Assembly (NCBI GenBank): GCA_963847185.1
Contig: CAWJYV010000008.1
Span: forward strand, 288,001 to 352,000
Direction of reading: 5' to 3'
Length of the DNA: 64,000 nt
Source of the DNA: an uncultured Methanosarcinaceae archaeon
GTDB lineage: Archaea; Halobacteriota; Methanosarcinia; Methanosarcinales; Methanosarcinaceae
Each line of letters begins with the position of its first letter. Positions within the stretch are counted from its first letter, which is position 1. This document shows, one piece after another, positions 33,451-43,266 of the stretch. The position numbers were made by a program, and so were the translations under genes. Under the pieces are notes generated by a model, which worked only from the letters and a program-made list of their open reading frames with translations, had not been told where the DNA came from and did no database searches.

Positions 33451-34961
33451 CAGGCCCCCGCTGGCAGTACATCAAGGATTTTAAGCATTCCTTCATCCAG
33501 CATATATCCACGCAGACGGTCCCTGTTGCCGCGCAGGCTTTCTATACTGTTGATTCCTGCAGCTCCCATAAGCTCGCTCAGTTCAAGAGTCCAGCCGTGT
33601 ATCAGGTTTGAGACCTGCATTGCTCCTGCCTCTGGGTCAAGCCTGCTCACAAGGTCTGGACGCTGGGTAGCAATGCCCCAGGGACAGAGGTTTCTGTAAC
33701 AGTTGCCGCAGACCCTGCAGCCCAGAGCAACAAGTGCAGCAGTTCCTACGTATACAGCATCTGCTCCAAGCGCAATTGACTTGGCAAGATCAGCGCTGCT
33801 TCTTATTCCACCACTTGCAATAATCGAAATCTCGTTTCTTACACCCTGTTCTCTGAGTTTCTGATCAACACTTGCAATTGCAGCTTCAATAGGAATTCCT
33901 ACATGATCTCTGAAGACTTTCGGGGCTGCTCCTGTCCCTCCGCGGAAACCGTCAATGACCACAGCGTCTGCAGAGGAGCGTGCAATTCCTGCGGCGATAG
34001 GTGCTACGTTGTGCACGGCTGCAATCTTTACAAAGACCGGTTTCTTCCATTCGGTTGCTTCTTTCAGGCTCCTGATAAGCTGAACCAAGTCTTCAATACT
34101 GTAGATGTCATGATGAGGAGCCGGGCTGATTGCATCGCTGCCGAGGGGGATCATACGAGTCTTGGAGACTTCCTCGTTTACTTTTTCTCCTGGGAGATGT
34201 CCTCCGATTCCCGGTTTTGCTCCCTGCCCAATTTTTATCTCAATGGCTGCTCCCCTCTCAAGGTAATCAATATTTACACCAAAACGACCAGATGCTACCT
34301 GAACAATCATGTGGTCCTGATAGGGATAGAGTTCCTTATGTAATCCTCCTTCTCCTGTTCCCATGAAGGTCCCGGTTTCTTTTACTGCTTTTGCCATGCT
34401 GAGCTGGGAATTCAGGCTGATAGCTCCGAAACTCATGTGTCCGATCATGATAGGCGTATCAAGTTTGAGGTTTGGAGCAAGTTTTGTTTCCAGCTCTACA
34501 TCTCCACTCTCGGTCTTTCTGAATTTGAGTTTGGATGGTTTCTTCCCTATATAGGTCCTGAGCTCCATTGGTTCTCTCAGGGGATCAATACTCGGGTTAG
34601 TAACCTGACAAGCATCAAGAAGGAGTCGGTCATAGATAATTGGCAGATCCCTGGCGTTTCCCATCCCGGAAAGGATGATTTTTCCACTGCGGGCCTGGTT
34701 AATTATATCTTCTCTGGCTTCCCTTGTCCAGAGTGGATGGCTGCGGTAGTCTACTGGTTTTTCTGTAATGTTTATTGCGTCCCTCGGACACATGGCAACA
34801 CAGCGCAGACAGGCTGTACATTTCCTTGATTCTATCAGAATTTTGTCGTCTTCTCTGCGGTAAACACCGTATGAACAATTCTCAATGCAGCGTCCGCAGT
34901 CCATACACTGGTCGCGGTCAATGCTGACCTTAAACTTTGGGGGTACACTTCCGAGCGTCAT
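33450..34961 (-). CDS. Archaeal glutamate synthase FMN-binding subunit with ferredoxin domain
   Basis: MSFGAIS, QVASGRFGV, EIKIGQGAKPGIGGHLPG, SPAPHHDIYSIEDL. Confidence 0.95.
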   Translation of the reverse strand: MTLGSVPPKFKVSIDRDQCMDCGRCIENCSYGVYRREDDKILIESRKCTACLRCVAMCPRDAINITEKPVDYRSHPLWTREAREDIINQARSGKIILSGMGNARDLPIIYDRLLLDACQVTNPSIDPLREPMELRTYIGKKPSKLKFRKTESGDVELETKLAPNLKLDTPIMIGHMSFGAISLNSQLSMAKAVKETGTFMGTGEGGLHKELYPYQDHMIVQVASGRFGVNIDYLERGAAIEIKIGQGAKPGIGGHLPGEKVNEEVSKTRMIPLGSDAISPAPHHDIYSIEDLVQLIRSLKEATEWKKPVFVKIAAVHNVAPIAAGIARSSADAVVIDGFRGGTGAAPKVFRDHVGIPIEAAIASVDQKLREQGVRNEISIIASGGIRSSADLAKSIALGADAVYVGTAALVALGCRVCGNCYRNLCPWGIATQRPDLVSRLDPEAGAMQVSNLIHGWTLELSELMGAAGINSIESLRGNRDRLRGYMLDEGMLKILDVLPAGA

Positions 34962-36010
34962 TCAATAAACCTCCCGATAATGGGTTCTCCTGCCCTGGGA
35001 GTGTAGATACTCTTAACGTCTGGGTCAAGGGTTCTTATTGCGGCTTCTTCACTGGAAATATATAACCGGCTTCCGTTTTCACCAACAACCAGTGGGCGCA
35101 GTTTGATTCTGTCAGTAAAGCCAACAATGCCATCGTCTGTTCCGACTACAATTGCAAAGGGTCCATTCATAAGAGCAGACCCATAAGTAAGGCGGACTGC
35201 TTTATTTAGCCCGGCTTCTTTTGCAGGCATCCGGTCTATGTCGTCCCAAAAAGGAGGGGCAAGAGCTCGGACGACCATTTCATGAGAAAGCTCATGCTGC
35301 CTTCCAAGCAGGTCGAACAGATAGGCTACAACCTCAGTATCGGTAAAGAGGGTACATTTGTATCCGTAGCCTTCTACATAGCGCTGGTTTGTACCATATG
35401 ATGTGATTTCTCCGTTATGCACTACTGACCAGTTAAGAAGGTTGAAGGGGTGAGCTCCCCCCCACCAGCCAGGAGAGTTTGTAGGATAGCGATTATGTGC
35501 AAGCCATATATATCCCTTGTAATCCTCAATCCTGTAGAAGTTTGCCACATCCTCAGGCCATCCCGAAGCTTTGAAGACTCCCATATTTTTTCCGGAAGAA
35601 AAGATTGTGGCTCCTCTTACATTGGCGTTTACTTCCATAACTATATACTTAACGACGTCATTTTCAGAAGTCATTCTTCCTTTCATAAGGTCTTTTGAGG
35701 GTTTGAAAAAATATCTCCAGGGGGTATGTACCTTTTTTATACCGGGTTGCGGGTATGTCGGGATCTCTTCTTCGTGAACAATTTCTCCACATTGTAGGAG
35801 AAGTTCATCAACCTTCTTTTTTGGCTCAGCGAGGTTGTCAAAGAAAACATGAAGAGCATAATAGTCCGCATACTCGGGATAAATCCCATATGCTGCATAG
35901 CCTGCTCCGTCTCCACTGCCTCTTTCATTCATGAGACTAAGGGCGGCCTTTATGCTCGACCCGTCCATTCTGGACTTCGTTCTGTCTATAAAGCCTATTA
36001 TTCCACACAT
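34958..36010 (-). CDS. Glutamate synthase class II glutamine amidotransferase subunit
   Basis: N-terminal MCGIIG, HNRYPTN, HNGEI, TDTE. Confidence 0.93.
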   Translation of the reverse strand: MCGIIGFIDRTKSRMDGSSIKAALSLMNERGSGDGAGYAAYGIYPEYADYYALHVFFDNLAEPKKKVDELLLQCGEIVHEEEIPTYPQPGIKKVHTPWRYFFKPSKDLMKGRMTSENDVVKYIVMEVNANVRGATIFSSGKNMGVFKASGWPEDVANFYRIEDYKGYIWLAHNRYPTNSPGWWGGAHPFNLLNWSVVHNGEITSYGTNQRYVEGYGYKCTLFTDTEVVAYLFDLLGRQHELSHEMVVRALAPPFWDDIDRMPAKEAGLNKAVRLTYGSALMNGPFAIVVGTDDGIVGFTDRIKLRPLVVGENGSRLYISSEEAAIRTLDPDVKSIYTPRAGEPIIGRFIE

Positions 36011-36293
36011 TTTGATCACTCTATAAATGAATAGGAATGAATGTAATGTAAAGTATATTCGTTAATAACTTTCTGGATGATTTCCGTGGCTCATTTTTAA
36101 GAAATAGTTCAAAAAATTTGCCAGCTGGGGATAAACTGGACCTCAGGGAAAATCTGTTATGAGTTTTTATCAGTTAGGTGGTCTTAATTTAATTGTCAAT
36201 ATGAATTATTTTATTAATATGAGTAAGTAGTGACGCTTTCAGCTCTGATTTTTCTCTCTGAATGGGTTGAGAGAGTTGCCGCTAAGGGAAGTA

Positions 36294-36326
36294 AGTAATT
36301 TAGTACCTATTTGGCAATATATATAT
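36294..36326 (-). promoter_or_regulatory. TATA box plus GGTA-N6-TACT operator-like site of the glutamate synthase operon
   Basis: Same architecture and spacing as the glnA promoter. Confidence 0.55.
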
Positions 36327-36604
36327 GTTTCTTTTTTCCAAATTAGAAGTTCCAATATAATGCTGCGAAGCGAAGCGTTTTGACCTTCAATCTTCCTTTT
36401 TTCCTTTTGTAATTTTTCTTTTATAGAAACTTCTCAGCACATTACTTCTTTTTCTCCTAGGAGTCCAATATCACTTCTAGGTGGAACATACTCAAACTTT
36501 TCCCTTTTTTAAAAAACGAAATTATGGGAGAAATAGAGTTTTTTTCAGGAAAGCATTTTTATATCAATATCTTATTCACATTCAACTTCTTGAAATTATA
36601 TCTA

Positions 36605-36714
36605 ACTTGCGCAGTTGAGGTTCAAAATCAAGATCAATAGACATTACTGTCAAATTTATTATTTGGACAGTTGAAGGTTCAACGCCTTTGATTATTCAAT
36701 TCAGCTGCGTAAGT
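36605..36714. mobile_element. MITE of about 110 bp, copy 2 (inverted relative to 16317-16432)
   Basis: TIRs ACTTGCGCAGTTGA / TCAGCTGCGTAAGT (12 of 14 match); internal similarity to copy 1. Confidence 0.75.
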
Positions 36715-36960
36715 ACTATTACATTTATTATTATGGTAGAAATTAATCAGTGATAAAAATTAGTCAGTGGTAAAAATTAGTCCGATGTTTACTATTTACA
36801 TCGAAGCCTTACTTTAAAAATCCTAACTATATTTTAAAATATATTCTTTAAAAGTAGAGACACACCTTTTCTGGCAGATGTGTCTGTGAGAATAAAATGT
36901 TTCTTCATTTGCACAGAGAACTTTTCTGGCATATGAAGAAGGTTTAGCACTCTTTTACGT

Positions 36961-38304
36961 TTACAGAGTAGGGAGGTATTTATCAAGTTCCCAGGAGTGA
37001 ACAACTGCTTTGTATTCGTTCCATTCAATCTCTTTCTCACAGAGGTAATGACTGAATACATGCTCTCCAAGTACTTCTTTTACGAATGTGCTGCTTTTCA
37101 TCTCATCGATTGCTTCCTTAAGGTCTGCAGGAAGGGAGAGGATGCCTCTTTCCTTACGTTCTTTTTCCGTAAGGTGGAAAATGTTCACGTTGGTAGGAGC
37201 TCCTGGTTCGATCTTGTTTTTTATTCCATCAAGACCAGCTCTGAGCATCAGGGCAAAGGCTAGATAAGGGTTGCATGATGGGTCTGGACATCTTAGTTCA
37301 ATTCTTGTACCGTTTCCACGGGTTGCGGGAATGCGGATCAAGGAGCTTCTGTTTTGTGCAGACCATGTGATGTAAACTGGCGCCTCATATCCGGGTACTA
37401 TCCTCTTATACGAGTTAACAATTGGGTTTGTAACAGCTGCAAATTCCCTTATGTGCTTTAACAGCCCGCCGATATAGTACATTGCGCTCTGGGAAAGCTG
37501 AGTTGGAGTGTCCGGGTCATAGAATACGTTCTTTCCATCCTTGAAGAGGGACTGGTTGCTGTGCATGCCCGAGCCGTTTACACCGAAGAGTGGCTTTGGC
37601 ATAAAGGTAGCATAGTATCCTTTGTGATAGGCTATTGACTTTACCACGTATTTGAAAGTTATAACATTGTCTGCCGTACTAAGTACATCGCCGAATCTAA
37701 AGTCAATTTCATGCTGTGAAGGGGCTACCTCATGATGGGAAGCTTCTATCTGGAATCCCATATGTTCGAGGGCGTAGTCAATGTCTCTTCTTACATCTTG
37801 AGCCCTGTCAAGAGGTGCGAAGTCGAAGTATCCGCCCTGATCTGTGAGCTCTGTGGTTGGGTTTCCGTTTGCGTCAAGTTTGAATAGGAAAAATTCCAGT
37901 TCAGGTCCTACATTCATTGAGAAGCCCATTTTCTCGGCTTCTTTGATTGCACTCTTAAGGACATACCTGGGGTCTCCTTCGAAAGGCCTTCCATCAGGAA
38001 GATAGACGTCTCCGAGAATTCTGGCTACTGCGCCTGTTGAAGGTCTCCAAGGGAGAATTCTAAAAGTAGATGGATCAAGCACAAGTTTCATGTCAGACTC
38101 TTCAATCCTTGTAAAGCCCTGGATCGAAGATCCGTCAAACATCACACCGTTTTCAAAAGCTTCTTCCAGTAGTTCTGCAGGAATTGCCCAGCTTTTGATG
38201 ATGCCGAGTGTATCCGTAAACTGAGTCCGGATAAACTTCACGTCTCGCTCTTTTACAGCCTCTAACACGTCTTCTTTGGTTGTACACTTTTTCATCTGCA
38301 CCAT
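36961..38304 (-). CDS. glnA: Glutamine synthetase type I
   Basis: FDGSSIQGF, HHEVAPSQHE, FMPKP, NGSGMH, RIELRCPD. Confidence 0.97.
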   Translation of the reverse strand: MVQMKKCTTKEDVLEAVKERDVKFIRTQFTDTLGIIKSWAIPAELLEEAFENGVMFDGSSIQGFTRIEESDMKLVLDPSTFRILPWRPSTGAVARILGDVYLPDGRPFEGDPRYVLKSAIKEAEKMGFSMNVGPELEFFLFKLDANGNPTTELTDQGGYFDFAPLDRAQDVRRDIDYALEHMGFQIEASHHEVAPSQHEIDFRFGDVLSTADNVITFKYVVKSIAYHKGYYATFMPKPLFGVNGSGMHSNQSLFKDGKNVFYDPDTPTQLSQSAMYYIGGLLKHIREFAAVTNPIVNSYKRIVPGYEAPVYITWSAQNRSSLIRIPATRGNGTRIELRCPDPSCNPYLAFALMLRAGLDGIKNKIEPGAPTNVNIFHLTEKERKERGILSLPADLKEAIDEMKSSTFVKEVLGEHVFSHYLCEKEIEWNEYKAVVHSWELDKYLPTL

Positions 38305-38327
38305 TTGATTTCATCCTCACTAGGCAT

Positions 38328-38360
38328 TAGGTAATCATTTACCTATCTAATAATATATAT
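38328..38360 (-). promoter_or_regulatory. glnA promoter: TATA box plus palindrome TAGGTAA-TCAT-TTACCTA (NrpR-like operator)
   Basis: GGTA-N6-TACC immediately downstream of the TATA box; resembles the NrpR consensus GGAA-N6-TTCC. Confidence 0.6.
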
Positions 38361-38646
38361 AGTTTTCTACATTTTCTCTTTGATGAAGCATTCTAAAAGT
38401 TCCAAGTACATTGTATAATCCCTAAAAATCTTTATATGCATCATCCCCACTTACTTATATAATTTCTAATAACCTCTATATAAAGCTCATTCCGAAATGG
38501 ATTAATTTCTTAATCCGATTTGAATTTTGCCTTTCTGCTCTTTCCCCTTCCTAAAAAAACCTTAGAAGCTGAAATACGGAATTAAAACTATTATTTAATC
38601 CCAAAATTAATATTTATTGAAGTATAAAATATTCTCGGAGTCTTAT

Positions 38647-39129
38647 ATGTTTAAGAGTGTGAATCTTCCTAAACTTTTTGCTTCGGTACTGCTCTGTCAG
38701 CTTGCAGGGTTAATAGGTTCAGTATTTACGAGTTCGTCTCTTGAGAACTGGTATTTTCTACTAGAAAAACCACCTTTCAATCCTCCTTCATGGGTCTTTT
38801 TCCCAGCCTGGACTGCTCTTTATACACTAATGGGGATCTCTCTCTATCTTGTTTTAGAAAAGGGACTGCAAAATTCAGAGGTCAAAAAGGGAGTATTAAT
38901 TTTCAGTATTCAGTTAGGGCTTAACTCTCTCTGGTCCTTTCTGTTTTTTGGGCTAAAATCTCCTTATTATGCCCTTGTAGAAATTATTCTTCTATGGCTT
39001 GCAGTCTTCCTGACAATACTTCAGTTTAGAACTATTTCAAAAAAAGCCTCTTATTTATTGCTCCCTTATATTATCTGGATCAGTTTTGCAGGGTTACTTA
39101 ATTACTATATCTGGATTCTAAACTCATAA
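38647..39129 (+). CDS. TspO/MBR family membrane protein
   Basis: WYFLLEKPPFNPPSWVF, LNSLWSFLFFG, LPYIIWISFA. Confidence 0.92.
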   Translation: MFKSVNLPKLFASVLLCQLAGLIGSVFTSSSLENWYFLLEKPPFNPPSWVFFPAWTALYTLMGISLYLVLEKGLQNSEVKKGVLIFSIQLGLNSLWSFLFFGLKSPYYALVEIILLWLAVFLTILQFRTISKKASYLLLPYIIWISFAGLLNYYIWILNS

Positions 39130-39307
39130 CTGAGAATAGGCTATGATTGAATATCTAAGCTGCTCGAAATTAACTGTCTAACCAATATAAGAGTCGTGAT
39201 TCTTTACTTCAATGATGATTTTTAATGCTTATCGATAAAAATTATAAGGAAAGTTTTCCTCGAGTTGAGAGGTAAACTTTCGAGTTTAAGGGTTTTGAGT
39301 ACTTACT

Positions 39308-39517
39308 TTATAGGGCTCCGCAGCCGCAACTTCTTCCCAGAAGGGTTGATACGCGGTGTTTTAAGTGATGAATATCATCCTCGGCCATATTCTCAAGCTC
39401 TTTCTTATGCTCTTTTTCTATATGGTCGAACATAGCTTTTTCAACCTCTTCCAGTTCGTTTCCAGCAGCCATGAAATTGCACTTGAACCCCAGATCGCCG
39501 CATTTTACTATCTTCAT
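39308..39517 (-). CDS. DUF1059-like small metal-binding protein
   Basis: KCGDLGFKCNF...HIEKEH. Confidence 0.8.
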   Translation of the reverse strand: MKIVKCGDLGFKCNFMAAGNELEEVEKAMFDHIEKEHKKELENMAEDDIHHLKHRVSTLLGRSCGCGAL

Positions 39518-39640
39518 AAGATCTCCTCTATACGAATAAATTTCATAAAAATTGCCTAAAAAATCGGTTTCAATTAACTATAATAAAAATTAATAGAATA
39601 TAAATTAAGTCTTTAAGGGCTTCTTTATGGAGTTCTCTTC

Positions 39641-39949
39641 TTATTCTATAGAAATATTTCTTGCGCAAATAAAACATTCTTTATATGGAACTTTAATTGT
39701 GAGCATTCCTTTGTTATTTACTGCAATAGTTTTTTCGGGGTCTACAGGTCCATCAAGAAAAAAGGACCCCATATATTCCACGTTATTACTGAAAGCTTTC
39801 AGGTAGAAGCTGTTTTCGTGCATAATAAGGGTTATGTGCTCATTCTCTACATCGGGAAGTTCAACTTCCAGGGTAAGGTTTTCGTGTTTATCATCGTGAT
39901 ACATTGCTATTATCGGAGTTTTCAATATCTTGGGTACAGGATTGTCCAT
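39641..39949 (-). CDS. Hsp20/alpha-crystallin-like protein
   Basis: LEVELPDV, PVDPEK, GMLTIKVP; SD GGGGAGAG. Confidence 0.8.
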   Translation of the reverse strand: MDNPVPKILKTPIIAMYHDDKHENLTLEVELPDVENEHITLIMHENSFYLKAFSNNVEYMGSFFLDGPVDPEKTIAVNNKGMLTIKVPYKECFICARNISIE

Positions 39950-39990
39950 TTATACTCTCTCCCCTTTAAAATGTCTGCCCAATTGTCTCA

Positions 39991-40275
39991 TTAACTTATT
40001 TTTTCATACTCTATCTTTTCAAATTGTTGTTGGTAAGTGCTGTGACCCTAAGTGAACCGTGTGAGTAGCTAGCAACATGTTTTTCGGATCTATCGGGCAG
40101 CATATCGCGTAGCTGTCCGCGTATTCGACTCCCTTTTTGCTAGCCCTTAAATAAATTCGATTTTAGTAATCTTTACTGAAATTTTTTTCTTTTCTATTAT
40201 TGAAGAATTATTTCAATCTGCAGATTTTTGTATTCATCATCAGGATGTGCGCAGATAACAGAAGATAATCTCCAT
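39991..40275 (-). pseudogene. Frameshifted Hsp20-like paralog
   Basis: Fragments in different frames (VICAHPDDEYKNLQIEII; YLRASKKGVEYADSYAICCPIDP; VASYSHGSLRVTA) align with the adjacent Hsp20 gene; SD AGGGGG before ATG at 40275. Confidence 0.75.
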
Positions 40276-41092
40276 ATTTACCCCCTAAATGAATCACCAA
40301 TTAACGTATTTATACGTATCTTCTTCAACAATTGGTGCATTTTTAAGGAAAAATAATTCTTATTTTTATATTCAATCAAGAATAATCAATAGATTATTTC
40401 CAAAAGGCTGGAATTTTTCTAAATAAACTAGAAGCTGTATCAAAAGCTCCAAAAGTAGGAAAAGAAATAAGTTTTTCATTACAATGTTTGCCTTGTTTTT
40501 ACTTCTCATAAGCCCTTTTAGTAAGTTCAGGTTTCACGAGCGAGACTCCTGTACGAATGTAGAATATAAGTCCACTTATAGCAACAACTATACCAGAAAT
40601 AGTTCATATATATACTAATTTTTTATACAGCTTAAACATCTTCTCTTTTAATGCTCAAAAAAGCAGTTAGTAATCTTAGGATGTCAATTGACATTTTCCG
40701 TTTGATTCTGATTTGAGTAATTCCCTTTCATATAAACGTTTCCTCTCATGTTATTATACTTCTTATCTCTCAATGTGAATCGTTTCCAACAAAAAATTAA
40801 AAATAAAGTTCTCAGGAAACTGTTTCATAGAACAAAATACAATTAAACAATTCATGAGGTATCTTTGAAATATTCAAAACAGAAAATAAAGGATCTTCCA
40901 GATATTAGTTTAGAATCTTAATTTCCTATTTATATAAACCTTCCTAAACACAACTATTTGTGTAAAACTATTAAGATATTTGTTCAAACTCAATAATCTC
41001 AACAAATAAAACTATCGGGCATCATTGAAATTGGGATCTAATACGTTTGATAAAGCTGTGTATTGCACGGCAGTGGGGGGAGTGATTCATTC

Positions 41093-42082
41093 ATGACGGC
41101 GAATGTCATAGAAGTAAATAATCTTGAGCACAGTTATGGCGATTTAAAAGCTGTAGATAATATCAGTTTCACCGTAAAGGAAGGGGAAATATTTTCATTT
41201 CTAGGTCCGAATGGAGCGGGTAAGAGTACTGTAATAAATATTCTCACTACACTTCGGAAAATCCAGAAAGGTGAGGCTAAAGTTAATGGTTATGATGTGG
41301 CAAAGGAATCAAAGCATGTAAGAAAATCAATAGGTATTGTTTTTCAGATGATGTGCCTTGATTATGAAATGACTGTATGTGAAAATCTTGAGTATCATGG
41401 AAAGATATACTCAATGCCAAAAGAAGAAAGAAGAAAAAGAATAAACGAACTTCTTAAATTAACTGAACTGGAAAGTAAAAGGAATACTCTTGCTAAAGAC
41501 TTAAGTGGGGGCATGAAACGAAGGCTTGAACTTGCAAGAGGATTAATGACAAAACCTGCAGTTCTTTTTCTTGATGAGCCGACGATAGGTTTTGATATCC
41601 AGACCAGATTAAGAATGTGGGAATATTTGAGGGAGATTAAGAGAGAAGGCACAACCATATTCATGACCACTCATTATATGGAGGAAGCCGATCAGCTCAG
41701 TGACAGGATCAGTATTATTGATCATGGGAAAATCATTGTAACCGGGAGTGCATTGGAGTTAAAAAATCAGCTTGGAAAAGACCTTCTTTATCTGGAAACT
41801 AGTGATAATAAAGCTGCTGCAGAAGTTTTGAAGACTATCGAATCGGTAACTGGAGTAACTGATGACTCTAAATCCCTAAGGATAATGCTTGGGATAGATG
41901 TCACACATGTACTACCGAAAATTATAGACAGTATCAGGCAAAAAGGGATAGAGATCATAACAGTAAATATCAAAAAACCTTCTATGGATGATGTTTTCGT
42001 TCATTATACAGGGCATGATTTAAGAGAAGGCGGAACACAGGAAAAGCATGAAGGAGACGAAATTATGGAGGCATTGAAATGA
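41093..42082 (+). CDS. DrrA-like ABC exporter ATP-binding protein
   Basis: GPNGAGKST, LSGGMKRR, FLDEPT, TTHYMEEA, PSMDDVF. Confidence 0.93.
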   Translation: MTANVIEVNNLEHSYGDLKAVDNISFTVKEGEIFSFLGPNGAGKSTVINILTTLRKIQKGEAKVNGYDVAKESKHVRKSIGIVFQMMCLDYEMTVCENLEYHGKIYSMPKEERRKRINELLKLTELESKRNTLAKDLSGGMKRRLELARGLMTKPAVLFLDEPTIGFDIQTRLRMWEYLREIKREGTTIFMTTHYMEEADQLSDRISIIDHGKIIVTGSALELKNQLGKDLLYLETSDNKAAAEVLKTIESVTGVTDDSKSLRIMLGIDVTHVLPKIIDSIRQKGIEIITVNIKKPSMDDVFVHYTGHDLREGGTQEKHEGDEIMEALK

Positions 42083-42915
42083 GCTTTGCGTTCCAAGCGA
42101 TATACTGGAGAGAAATGGTAAAGTTTTTTAGATTCAAATCCGTGCTCCTCAGTTCATTGATTCAGCCTGTGATGTGGCTGGCATTTTTTGGGCTTGCAAT
42201 GTCAGATAGTTTTGATAAATTAACTTCCATGATACCAAGCATTCCCGGTGTTCCAAACGTGGATTATCTTTCCTATATGGGTGCTGGAATAATTGCAATG
42301 GACGTGCTCTTTGCCAGCCTTTTTGGGGGTACTAATCTCTTATTTGATAAGAAATATAGTCTATTAAAAGAGACTATTGCAAGTCCTATCTCACGAGTTA
42401 ATATCATCCTAGGGGTTGGGCTTTCCGCTGTGACGAAATCTTTCATCCAGACGGCTATCATTATCGGATTTGGAGGACTGATTGGTATGAATTTCTTTAA
42501 GGGATACACTCCTGTTCAAACCCTTATATCAGTCGTGGGTATATTTGTACTGGTTGGAATTTTTACATTGGGATTCCTCTTCCTTTCAGGATCAATTGCT
42601 ATTACGGTTGATCAACCCGAAGGAATGCAGTCCATACTTACCTTTATTAGTATGCCATTATTTTTTGTGAGCAATGCACTTTATCCTGTCGATGGATTTC
42701 CTGAATTTATCAGGATCCTGTCGGTGTTTAATCCATTATCTCTCCTGGCAAACGGAGTTCGCTATTTCGCGTTAGGAACTAACTTCTCTGTAATGGGTAC
42801 CCATTACATTTATACGACAGCGGATATTGCCTTTTCATTTGTAGGACTAATAGTCTTTGCTCTCACAATGTTATCCGCCGTACTCTGGAGATTAAATAAA
42901 GTGAATATTTCTTAA
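42079..42915 (+). CDS. ABC-2 type (DrrB-like) permease
   Basis: 6 TM pattern, SNALYP, NPLS; overlaps the ATPase stop. Confidence 0.9.
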   Translation: MSFAFQAIYWREMVKFFRFKSVLLSSLIQPVMWLAFFGLAMSDSFDKLTSMIPSIPGVPNVDYLSYMGAGIIAMDVLFASLFGGTNLLFDKKYSLLKETIASPISRVNIILGVGLSAVTKSFIQTAIIIGFGGLIGMNFFKGYTPVQTLISVVGIFVLVGIFTLGFLFLSGSIAITVDQPEGMQSILTFISMPLFFVSNALYPVDGFPEFIRILSVFNPLSLLANGVRYFALGTNFSVMGTHYIYTTADIAFSFVGLIVFALTMLSAVLWRLNKVNIS

Positions 42916-43215
42916 TTTTCACTTTATTTTCTTCGGTCGTGGACATGAGTTATTGAAAACTGTAAGCATAAGAATCTCTCCATATTTCTCTCAAATACGG
43001 AAGACATACTCGCTTTTCGGAATTGATCAATAACCCGCGTACACAACCTTTTTTCTTAACTCCTGCTTTTATATGTCTTATTTCTGAAGATTACCTGCTT
43101 TACAGGTAGCTTTTTATTTAATATTTTATTTCTCTTTAGGTTCGATTTGTTTTCAGTTTGCTCATTACTAGTGATGATATTTTGATATTTAATTTTTAAA
43201 TAAATTTATTCAGTC

Positions 43216-43266
43216 GGTTGCCCCGCTAGCTTGCTGTGGGATGCGCCAGCGCAACTTTGATTTTTC
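43216..43266. repeat. GC-rich hairpin-forming intergenic element
   Basis: CCCCGCTAGCTTGCTGTGGGATGCGCCAGCGCAAC in AT-rich DNA; single copy in window, family assignment unverified. Confidence 0.3.

Noticed and set aside
1444-35928. Numerous antisense or overlapping track ORFs inside housekeeping genes
   Set aside because: Shadows of well-supported genes on the opposite strand or in another frame
40060-40150. GC-rich structured ncRNA (GCTAGCAA...TTGCTAGC)
   Set aside because: Better explained as part of the Hsp20 pseudogene on the minus strand
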